This document shows, one piece after another, positions 53,301 through 64,000 of a DNA stretch of 64,000 nucleotides. The notes below the pieces were generated by a model. The model worked only from the letters and a program-made list of their open reading frames with translations, searched no databases and was not told where the DNA came from. The position numbers and the translations under genes are program-made. Source of the stretch: Parasitella parasitica NRRL 2501 (taxonomy: Eukaryota > Fungi > Mucoromycota); contig MU619277.1 in assembly GCA_025201805.1 (NCBI GenBank), positions 162,054 to 226,053 of the forward strand. Direction: 5' to 3'. The first letter of the stretch is position 1. The number at the start of each line of letters is the position of its first letter.

Positions 53301-53812
53301 TCGAAACCTTACCGAAAGCCATGGAGAACCGCGAAAGCATGGAGAAGCTGTATGGATCATTTGATGATGAGGATTTTGGTGAAGATGGATACAGTGGATT
53401 TGAAGCGCCCAGTGGAGACGAAGAAGAGAATGACGAGGGCATTGAGGATGAAGATGTGCCTGATCAAGACAACGAGTACCTCGAATATCTTGCCAGTCAA
53501 GCAGCATCACATTCAGGAGCTGATGGATACAGTGACCTTGAAGATGATGAAGAGGAAGAGATGGAAGAAGAGATCTTGTTTGAATCACCATTAGATGAAG
53601 TTGACCCATACATTCGCTTTGAACAAGTATTCAGAGACATGCAATCTCGTAACACTGCTTCTTATACCCTATTAACAAAGGATTTAACTGCTAATCAACA
53701 AAACCAAATTATGGCTGTATTATCAACTTCTGAACAACATCGCAACACTGCGAACAACGCTGCTGCCACTGCTGCTTCTGCTATCCCTGCTTCCTCTTCT
53801 TCCTCGGCTTAA
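50376..53812 (+). CDS. Importin-7/8-like karyopherin (Nmd5/Sxm1 family); 4 short 5' exons plus one long exon
   Basis: IBN_N region (RQA|AAIYFKNR), WWKTKKWAYHCLNRLF, DEDQELWDEDPVEY, acidic C-terminal tract. Confidence 0.94.
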
Positions 53813-54873
53813 ATCAAGAAAAAAAAACCAGTGCTTCCAGTGCCAAACAGCACTTTTAAAAACACCTTGCGCTGTTGAACTTCTCAATTGGCGCATTTTA
53901 TAGAACCCTATTTGCGCTCTTGGCAATTTCAAAAACGTACTTAAATAACATTGAAGATCAAAATGATTGATATATGGTTTATTAGAGAGGCTCCATTTCG
54001 GAGACATTTTTCAATCAATAATGTTAATTTTTATTTTTATTTTTATTTTCATTTTTGTTATTTTGCATTGTTTCCAGTGGTACAGCCGTTGTTTGCAGGA
54101 GCAAACATTAGCGCCCATGTACAACCAAAAAAAATTTGCCTGGACTAGAAATAATGTCCCAACCAGCCTTAATATTGTCTCCACCAATATCGGCTTTCAG
54201 GCATTTGCAGATGCATTTCACGGCCAAACGCTAGGCAGCAATAGTTTTTACGGAATTATTTCGAAAACTTGTACAGAACCTTATGTTTTACAATCCTTTC
54301 TCAAACTGAGATTGGTTTTGGCCAATATCCCTGGATCTAGTACAATTCATCCTGCTCTACAGATTATTGCAGTTCTTTTAAATAGAAGGTTTTCCCGTAT
54401 GTCTGATCTGTTAGCGATAAGAGAATGCTTTGTTTCTGCTCTACTCAAATGAAGAAGTTTCCATCTGGAAAGATATCATCAGAGCTTGCTCTTCGTTGTG
54501 GATCAAGCCCATGTTTGTGGAAAAAAAAAAAAAAAAAAATTAAAACCATTATTGCTGGGAGTGTGATACGCGAGGTAAGTGAAAAGTGTCTTGCTTCCTT
54601 GTTGAATACGTAATTTGGGTTTTGTCAAAAGCAATTGAAGCTTAAACGCCCTTTGACATTAGAGGCACTGTCTCCTTAATGAATATACATTTAGATGGCT
54701 TGTTGGATTTCATTATGCCCTATAAATGTAAGTGTTGGATACATCAAAAAATTTTGTGTCGGGCGTTCAACAATGATGTATTCATCAAATAGATTGATGA
54801 AGCTGCTTTTCCATTTATTTCTTTTGCTTTGTTATTGCTAATCAACGAAAAAGAATAAATCCTATCGGGAATC

Positions 54874-57800
54874 ATGGCTCAAGACAATTGGGGAGATTTT
54901 CAATTCGAAGAGACAAAGACTAGCAGCTTCCTTGCCTTACGAAACGATATTAAAGAGCGCATTTGTCGCTTCTTGCTGGAGAGAAAGGACTTGTATCAAG
55001 CTTGCCTTATTCACCCTCAGTGGGCAATTGCCGCGCAGACTGTCTTGTGGGAGAATGTTACATTCGAACTGCCAGAAAATCTTCGACTCTTTATCAGAAG
55101 CATCTCAAACAACAGCAAAACCGCCTTGTTGGTGAAGCATGTACAGCTTACATTTATTGACCACGATCAGGATACTCCCTTTCCTGCCATCTTAAAGTCA
55201 AAGCTTCCTAGACATCAGCTGAACTCTTTATGCGACCTTGAAATCATCACCCATATGGCTCGTTTATGTGAAAACATCTCAGGCGTCACTATCTATGGCT
55301 GGAAACTCAATTTGAAGGACGTAGAGTTTTTGTCTGCGTATGCGAGAAATTTGAAGAGTTTGTATATCATTGGTGCTCCCTCAAAGATGCCAGTAAATTT
55401 CAATACGCTGTTGCCTCATTTGGAAACGTTGCGTTTGGATGGCGCTTTCGGATTGACTACCGAATGGGCTGCCTCCTTTGCTCAGAAAGCTACCAACTTG
55501 TCTCGTTTGCAGCTCTCTTTGGATGGGATGCAACCTGCAACGTTGCTCGCTGTATGCTCCTCTCGTCTGGATCTCAACGAGCTCACATTAACAGACGCCA
55601 AACATTTACCGGACGAGTATGTTTATAAAGCACTGTGCGCTTTTCCGCGTTTAAAGCGCTTTTGCGTCGAGGGCTGCGAACAACTATCCAGTGCAGCGCT
55701 GGCCCACTGTTTGATGCTTTGCCCTGATCTCCTTGACTTGGAAATCCGTGCAGCCGCAGTGGCTGGTCCTGCAAACAACATGGATAAATTGCTTGGTGTA
55801 CTACACAATGTCCAGAATGATGCATCATTGGCTAAGCCCGTGCGTTTGGTCCTTCAAAACATGTCCATCACTGACCAGGAGTTGCAGTACTTGTCAAAGT
55901 ACTTTGTTCATCTTAAATACTTGGGTTTGACAGGGTGCTCTGAATTATCAAACGCTTGCTTTCAGGACTTTATTACAAACAAAGATTTCAAGTTTTTGCA
56001 GAGACTGGCCATACAGCAATGTCTTCGAATCGATTCTAGCCTCTTTGCACTCTTAGTCGAGTCTCAAGAAATTTCTCGTTCATTGATGCGTGTCTACATG
56101 GAATCGTGTGGCTATGTGAAAGTTCAAGACATTTACCAACTTTGCTATCATTGCTCCAGCCATAACTTGAGAGAGATCAAGATGATTTCCTACCAACACT
56201 TATTGGGAACAATGATTGGCTCGTTCAATAAAAGCTCAAGCAGAAATGAAGTGTTACTGACTCGCGAATCTATAAAGGAACTGATTGCTGATATTGTTTT
56301 GACTGGTAAGCAGCTTGTCTCTCTTGCAAATCTTCTGGATATAGAAGTACCGGAACTCGTAAGGTTGATTGATATAGCTAAAAAGGTACGTTGCTTGATT
56401 TTCTGCTGTCTATTACTACCATATTTATGTCAAATATTTTTTTTTTTTTTTGTGGCAGGAGGATCAAGCTGCAACGAATCTTGGTAAGGCTCTAAATCGG
56501 CAGTCTGTACAAATAACAAATATTCATCAGCATTTCTCTTTTGTAGATGTCCACATTCCTAAACCGTCTCATAATCGGTTATCTGCATTGAGAGCACCTA
56601 GCCGTGTTGACCAGCGTCCATCTACTCCCGCCGTCTGGTCGAATGACTTTGCCATGAATGGATCGTTGACTTCCAAAATAAGTGAGCCTGCCGCACAACC
56701 TTTTGCTGAAGAATTAGAATATCAAAATGACGAGTTCGAGAACGAAGATAGTTTTGATGATGACGATGAACAAGACCCATTTGATGAGCCCATCAATGAT
56801 GATGATGAGTCATCAACCGAAAGCAACAAGTCTCAATCTAGTTGGGAGAACACTAATCATGAAACTTTTCATCCTGAAGGCAATCTTGGTGGCTGGGGAG
56901 CGCCTGTTCTGAAGAGCTGGGCAACACCCTCAACCTCAACATCAGTATCAACTAGGCATTCTAATCCTGTATCATTTAAAGAGGTTCAGGAGGAGCAGCA
57001 GCAGCAACTGCGACAGCAACAGCAACAACAGCAAGGACAACAACAATTTACATCGCAACAATGGCCTCGCTCTACTACTGAAAATTGGAAACAAGATCCC
57101 TTGGAATCTGGCGTAACACACTTCAAGACAAATTTTACTTCGGGCCACTATCGTAACACTCCCATTGTGAGCGGAGGTGAAGGCTGGGGCGTAGCGTTAA
57201 GGAACGTTGCTTGGGACGATGATAGACAGCAAGGATATGTACCGGAGAAAATAGAAGAACAAGCATCTACCAGATTTTGGAATTCTGAAAATTGCGAATA
57301 TGTCGATTCGTCCAGTGCCGCCACCTTCACTGCTACCGCCAAGCATAAGAATAATGATACGAAATATTCCAATGCTTCGTCAAAAAACAAGAAAAAATTT
57401 TCTTCTGCTCATCGTGATCATGATCGTGATCGTAAAATGGACTCTTCTTCATCTGATGATGATTATCGTAACGCCGTGTCTAATACCACTACTACTAAGC
57501 CAACTGCTTTTACAACCTGGCAGGAAATTGCACAAAGCAAGACTCGCCCAAGACCCAGCTCTGTAGTTAGCTCGGACCACAGTGTCAACTGGGACGAAGA
57601 TGACAACAATGTAGAAATTAAAGCTCGCAATGATTTTCCTCCCCTCCAGCCAAGTACTAGCAAAAGTCGCGATGCTCCTGTCAGCAAATGGAATTCATCA
57701 ACAGAATGGCAAGGTAAAGAAGGCATATAAAAAAATTGCATTTTCATTACTCCCTAATTCTTTTCGTATTCTTGTAGACTATAAGGCAGCCCAGTCTACA

Positions 57801-58934
57801 TCGAAAAACTCGCCTGCTGCTTCTGCTACTTCCAATACGAGATTCAGTCGTAAGCGTCCTGCTACCCCTCGCAATAACAACAATAGTGACAACTCGCTGT
57901 GGTCGAATTATGCTGCTTCTTCCTCCCCTCCACCAGCTCGTAAAGTTGCTCTCCCTCCCGCTAAACCCACTGCTACTCCCGCTCCTGCTGCTGCTGCTGC
58001 TGCTGCTCCGGCTCCTGCTCCGGCTCCTGCTCCCGCTCCTGCTCCTGCTCCTGCTCCTGCTCCCGCTCCTGCTCCTGCTGTTATTCCTGCGGCTGCTCCC
58101 TTACTGATTGAGACTGACAGTTCTTCTCCAGCGAAGAAGTCATTGCCCGAGGGAGGAATTTGGGATTCAATATCTGCCCTTGGTACGGCATATCCTCCTC
58201 CTCTAAACACTAGTGCTGTCTTGCGCCCTTCACCCGGCCCCTCAGTGGATCAGATATTGGGTTGGGATGACAAGGAAAATGACACTAATTCCGATATGCC
58301 CTTGAAGTTTGTTGAAACCATTCCTGGTACGGTAACAACCGAGGAAATTAACCGTCAAAAAGATATCGTCGAGCAAGACAATCTAGTCTCCTTCGATAGC
58401 GATACAATGTCTGACGAAGATCAAGCCAAACAGCAGCAAATCCCCTCCACAGTATCGAATTCATCGTCCCTTCATGATTTTGATCGCATTGTGCAACAGC
58501 AGCAGCAGCAGCAGCCAGAAAATCACCATCATCAACAACAACAGCAAAATGAACAACAGGAGCAGAAGCAGCAAGAAACAGATGAGCCAAAAACTCAAAA
58601 TGGACAGTTTTCTTCTCCAAATTTTCAGAGAAAGAAGCTAAAACCTTTGACAATTCGTGTGGGTAAGGCTGTTGAACCATTAACCATCCATGATGTAATA
58701 AGATCAATAAAACGTATAAAATGAGTGCACTAACAGTCCAACTCTTAGGGCGATGACATTCCTACTGTATGTACCCAGTTCTTTAAAGAGCATAATATAC
58801 CTTATTCCCCTACACGCGTTATAAAGGGTCTTCAAAAAATGTGGGATGAAAAACATACAAGGAGCATTTTGAAAAAACCCAAAAAAAAAAAACCTACTGG
58901 TGATTCGAGCCCTCCTCCTGCTGATGATATCTAG
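54874..58934 (+). CDS. F-box-like/LRR protein with a long disordered Trp-motif-rich tail and a small C-terminal domain; 4 coding exons
   Basis: F-box-like LRNDIKERICRFL..KDLYQACLIHPQWAIAAQTVLW followed by Cys-containing LRRs (LKRFCVEGCEQLS, LKYLGLTGCSELS). Introns near 56386-56458, 57713-57777 and 58695-58748. Ends ..PPPADDI* at 58934. Confidence 0.8.
57981..58080 (+). repeat. Coding (GCT)n / (GCTCCN)n repeat encoding poly-Ala and (AP)n
   Basis: gctcctgctgctgctgct..gctccggctcctgctccc.. seen directly in the sequence. Confidence 0.95.
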
Positions 58935-59622
58935 GATAATGCTAAATCAAAGTCCATCTCAAGAGAAACAATACTCCCACTCTTTTATTCTTGAATAAAT
59001 AATACCTTTTTGCTTGAAGTATCTTGACAAGATGCAGGCATGAAAGACAACTAGTATGTGAGATTGATGCGCCCCTGAGCGGAGTCAATACGTCAATATC
59101 ATTATCGTATTTTGATCTTTCAAAAAATTTCTGCTTGCTTCAAGTCAAAATCTTGAAAGAATTGGTTTTTTTTTTGTTCCATTCTGAAAACTATCTAAGT
59201 GGTGTACCTTGTTCGTAGTCATATTATCCTCTGATACCCATTTTTTTCCTTCCTTGACATATTACGTGCTTTTTATGATACCCAGCAAACGCGAGAATCG
59301 CACTCTAACAGCTTCTCTTGTGTTTACATGCGCACTTTATCTATGAATACAAATGGTAAATAAATGGGATATTAAATGACCTGGCAAGCCGTTCACAAGT
59401 TTCAAAATATGTCAGTAATTAATATGTGTACTATAGTCAGGTTTTTTGTAGATAATTCAGTAATTTTGTCACATTTGATTGCCTTTTCATCAACGTTAAT
59501 CTGTATAGAGCCGAGTGGCTTTTGAGACCAAGAAGAAGCATGATGATTGAAACTCAACATTAGCAAGTAATTTTTCATTGTTTTATTATATTGCGCGTTT
59601 TTCGTTTGTATTATATCACAAG

Positions 59623-62600
59623 ATGTCGTCCATGGACTATGCTACTGAGAAAAAACTAAGGCCTCTTTATGGTGAGCAGTTTTATTCAACATTAAAAAAA
59701 AATATTGTACCAAACAAAAAGTATAGAGGCGCTTGATGAAGGACAAAACAAATTGGCTCTGCAACATTGCACCAAGCTCCTAAAAAAGAGCCCTGACTGG
59801 CCTTTAGCCAAGGTTTGTTGTAAAAGGCAATAACAACTAGAAGACATGGAGATAATGTTATGAATATAGGCTTTGAAAGCTCTTGTACTTGTTCGTACAG
59901 GTAAAGACGACGAATCCTTTGAAATATGTGAACAGGTCAAGAAGACGATCCCTACAGACGATGCTACACTTCAGGCATTGACAATGTCATTGAAGGAACT
60001 TGGAAAACGTATGTATTGAAGAACATGCATGGTTTTTGCTGACGAAAAAAGACACCAAATAGACTCTGTAATTGTTGAATTGTACGAAAATGCCGCTAAC
60101 CAACAGCCCAAAAATGAAGAGTTTGGAAACCACTGGTTTATGGCCATGGTTCGCAGCAATGATTTCAAAGGACAACAAGCTGCTGCTGTCAAGTTACATC
60201 GAACATTCAAGCAAAACAAATATTTGTTCTGGGCCATCATGTCTTTAGCATTGCAAGGATCAAGCGGGAATCAGTTGAGCTATGTTCTTGCCGAGCGTAT
60301 GATGGCCAAAGCCATGGAGGAAAAGCTTTTAGAGGAAGTTGAGCATATGCGCTTGTATCTGCTCATTTTAATGGATCAGAAAAAAAACGAACAGGCACTA
60401 AACTTGTTGTTGGATACACCTCTTGGACAGAAATCATTGCGTGATCCCGAAGTGCGTCAAATCAAGTCTGAATTGCTTCGTGAGAACAAGCGTTGGGATA
60501 TGGCGTTGGCTATGAGTCAAGAGTTATTGGAAACAGAAAATGCAGACGATTGGTTTCACTGGCTGGCCTATTTTGAGGCTATGGATGCTTTGATTGAGCA
60601 AGATGGCGTAATCGCTAACGCGGAAAAGCTGGTTACTGATTCCCAAAAGGCTGTTTTGGAGAGTAAGGTGCTGAAGCGTGGTCCATTTTTAGCTGAATTG
60701 GAGTTGGACTCACGCCTCTACAAGATTGCAAAGAGAGGTGAGGTTAATACAAATTATATGGCGGCTGATAAGAGCTGATATTTTAGAATAGATGAAAAGG
60801 TGCTTCTGGAACACATTGTATCTTATTTCACTCGGTTTGGATCCAAGAATTGTGCTTTTGAGGATCTTCAGTCGTACGTCTCAATCTTGAATATTGAAAA
60901 GGCTCAAGCTTTGATTGAAAGCTTCAAACAAACCATTCATCCTGCTATCGAAAAGTCGGCTAAAATCAAAAATGTGCATAAAAATGTCAATATCAGAAAA
61001 CTGGAGCGTTTCCTCGGCCTCTATGCGACTTTTGATAAAAAAAAAGCACTAGATACTATCAGTGAGCTGTGGAATGAATATCAAGAAACTTTGCCTCTTG
61101 GAGAAGGTCTAGAGACGACTGAAATGCAATACGGTGATGAATTTGTCATTTTAGCCAGTCATATATTGCTAGACTTGTATCACCAGGAGCACCAAGCATC
61201 GTTTTTGATCCAAGCTATCTGCCTCTTGGAAACAGCTCTGGTCAAGAGCATTCATAATTTTCAAATCAAGCTGGTTTTGATTCGTATGTATGCCATGATT
61301 GGAGTTTATACTCGTCCTTTTGAGATCTATAGAACCATGGATATCAAGCAAATTCAACTCGATACCATGCTGTAAGAAGAAAATAATTGCTGCATATGTT
61401 GTAATTACTGATCTCCATGTTATTAGTCATTATTTTACCGATAGATTTGCCTCACTTGGGTGCGTTGATCAACTTGAAGCTTTATTGTACGATGGATTAT
61501 CCATCTACAAAAGCAATGAAGTAGAGGTATGCACCATAAACACCTGTAAACAAACATCTTACATAGCTTGCAAATAGACTCCTGAAATGTTGGTCAAAGC
61601 CTATCAATACGGCACTTTTTCCAAAATTCAAGAATTTATTGAGTTCCGTCGTCATTTGGACACATCTCTGCAGCACGCCATCTCTAGAGCCGAAATTTTG
61701 CGTCTCCGTTACACTCATTCTTCTTTCCAAACAAAGTATGCAGTTCAATTCTTCCAGGAGCAAAATGTGTCTGAAATTGCATACAATGATGCATTTATTG
61801 CTGCTCGCTCAGATAACCGTGATTTCAAGGTCTTTCTCAACTGTAATGCTCAAGATAAGCCTACTGCCGAGCAAGCTTGTAAACCTTTTGCTAGCACTAA
61901 CACTACATGGTTGCAAACTATTTCTTACATCCTGAATATATTGAGTGTTGCTAGTGAAACCAAGGAAAGCGCTAGAGATCTATCGACTTTGGTCGATGAT
62001 TTGAAGGTCTTACTCGAGCGTAAAGACATCAAGTCTCAGATTACCGAACCCGAGTACTGGTTGGCTCGCTATGTCAATAATTTAGCCAATGCATTGGTGC
62101 TTGTGAAATCATCTAGCGATGCTAAACCATTTTTGAGGAGTGCTACTGACATTTTGGATAACCAAGGTATCTAGGTTTTTTTAAAAAAAAAAAAAAAAAA
62201 ATACCTATTTTCCGTTATTTTAATTTCGATATTTCATCTAGTCAGCAAGGTGGATGCATTCGCTGAAGAAACTCTCTCCTGGAATACTTTTCATCAGTTG
62301 TCAACTTGTTTAGAGGTACAATAGCCAATTGACCTATATTTCTATACACTCGTACTAATACAGCTCTACGTAGGCATTCAATTCTGGTTCTATTTTGATT
62401 GAATTGATGAACCGATCTCTGGGACTGAATAGCAAAGATGCTAAAAAGAAGGCTGCCGAAAAGGCCAAAACTGATCCTTTGGTAGGTTACTTCTGAGAGC
62501 CAAGCTCTGTGATCATGCACTAAACTTCAATTTCCAGATGGCCAGCTTTGTGGATCTGCAAGTGTCTGTCAAGAAATCCTTGCAGCAAATTCAAACCATT

Positions 62601-62807
62601 GCTAGAAATGGCAAAGAGTTGTTTCGTGTTCAGCTGCAAAAGAAGATTTGCAAGGAGATTTTGGATTCTGAGGATACTTTGCCTTGTCTCAAGGCTCGCG
62701 ATATGCAAAGTTCGTTGCAGAATCATGTAAAAGCTATGATCAATAGCTGGAACTTGTCTTGTTCCCAACTCTCTGAAGAAATTGATAGACGCGTGCAAAA
62801 ACTGTAA
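59623..62807 (+). CDS. MDM20: NatB auxiliary subunit NAA25/Mdm20; many exons
   Basis: EKKLRPLY|EALDEG, YLFWAIMSL, RGPFLAELEL, YFTRFGSKNCAFEDL, MDIKQIQLDTM, KAYQYGTFSKIQEFIEF. Confidence 0.93.
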
Positions 62808-63803
62808 ATAAAATAGATAGATTTCATTGTCGCTCAGCTTAATTGAAACAGAATAAGTAATCTGTAAAGGTTTATGATGATTGTATCCTACTAGACGATC
62901 TTGTTTCAATACAATCTAAATACTGACGAATTAATCTGATTGAAAGGCTAGGAACAAGTAGTAAATTAGGATCAAATAGTGCCTTCTGGCCATCTTGATT
63001 CATTCATATCCTTCCAATATAAAAAATAATGAATGGGGTGTAATTGAGCTACATTATATACAAACATTACCAAGGGATTCGGAATTTGCTGTAGATAGGT
63101 TGTAAAGAACGGTAAAAAGAGAAGAAGGTAAAAGAAAAACCGAGATGGGTGATGGGTCTAGCATCTTTAGCAGAATGAGGGCAATGAATACTCGTGTCAG
63201 CAATGCGCCGAATCCAAAAAGGAGACATATCTGACCAGAAACTAAAAAAGTTGCCGCTTTTGAATATTTGAGTCCTGTTTACCATGAACAAACACTACTG
63301 CTTTCTCGATGCTTGACGATTGATTGTTGACAGTTGATTATGCTCGATGAGCGTCATCATATGCCGTGTGCATTTGTCGAGGAATTAGACGACAGTCGCT
63401 GGACAAGGTACAAAAGAGAACGATTTGCAGTGCGTACATGTATTTAAGCTTCCATGTGCATACAGTACTTTTTGCATCCGGACTCCATACTTTTGGAATA
63501 GGAATGTTTTTTAAATAAATGACGATAGCAGCAGACAACGGTGGTCGATGTTGCATTGGTATAAGAATGGCTCAAGTATTGTGATAATACATTAAAAGAA
63601 AGAAAAAAGGGCTTTACTACAACACACGCTGCACTACGCTGGAGAGCACCAACAACCAGCATTAAACGAGCCGTTTGCAGAGATACATCAAAAGTACAAT
63701 TTAGTTTGCAGTGTATACAAGATGCTGTTTATTTTACATTCCCTATACACCTAGAATCACTACATTCACCACTTTTTTAGTGCAAAATTAGCAAAAGGAA
63801 ATA

Positions 63804-63875
63804 TGCCCCAACGCTGGATTGAACAACGGACCTCTTGATTACAAGTCAAGCGCACTACCACTGTGCTATTGGGGC
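63804..63875 (-). tRNA. tRNA-Thr(UGU), intronless
   Basis: Minus-strand sequence GCCCCAA TAGCACAGTGGTAGTGCG CTTGA CT-TGT-AA TCAAG AGGTC CGTTG TTCAATC CAGCG TTGGGGC A forms a full cloverleaf. T4 runs lie downstream (Pol III terminator). Confidence 0.95.
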
Positions 63876-64000
63876 ATTTCATGCTTGTGACAACTATTAA
63901 TTAATTTTGGAATAATAATTAATTATTTGCACGTGATCGAAGTTTAAGCCAATAGAAACTGCAGTAAATTTGAAAGATTTACGAAATAAAAAAAATAAAA

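Noticed and set aside
53967-54452. 161-aa + strand ORF between the importin and F-box genes
   Set aside because: Non-ATG start in low-complexity T-rich DNA, no recognisable motif and no convincing splice model.
1905-58934. Apparent ubiquitin theme (USP, CUE, PSMD5, F-box) or nitrogen theme (Avt1, HAL kinase, AzgA)
   Set aside because: These are large gene categories, scattered and in mixed orientation; expected by chance among ~21 genes.

Overview
Eukaryotic, intron-rich, AT-rich fungal DNA. The short (~50-60 nt) GT-AG introns, the protein sequences and the transposon remnants suggest an early-diverging fungus, probably Mucorales (inference). About 21 protein-coding genes can be rebuilt across introns: USP36/42-type deubiquitinase, SLC35F transporter, an unknown basic protein, MFS transporter, a small SERTA/Ecm13-like protein, Vts1/Smaug, RPL29, a peroxisomal crotonase, a CUE-domain protein, an Slx4-like scaffold, acetoacetyl-CoA synthetase, Avt1-type amino-acid transporter, PP1 catalytic subunit (with an N gap), HAL-family kinase, PSMD5, a lysophospholipid acyltransferase, AzgA purine permease, mitochondrial uS2m, importin-7/Nmd5, an F-box/LRR-like protein with a Trp-motif-rich tail, and NAA25/Mdm20. 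There is also one tRNA-Thr(UGU). Gene-free stretches (1-1.7 kb, 19.5-25 kb, 32.8-34 kb, 47.6-50.2 kb) hold decayed mobile DNA. I found no CRISPR array and no clear multi-gene novel system. The best leads are: the F-box/LRR protein with a GW/Trp-motif tail; a ~2.8 kb element bounded by ~90-105 bp inverted repeats, next to a 50-bp-period mini-array; the SERTA-like gene; a bacterial LiuC-type hydratase carrying a PTS1; and three long putative 5'-UTR introns that each contain a fold-back. All protein assignments come from motif recognition, not database searches.
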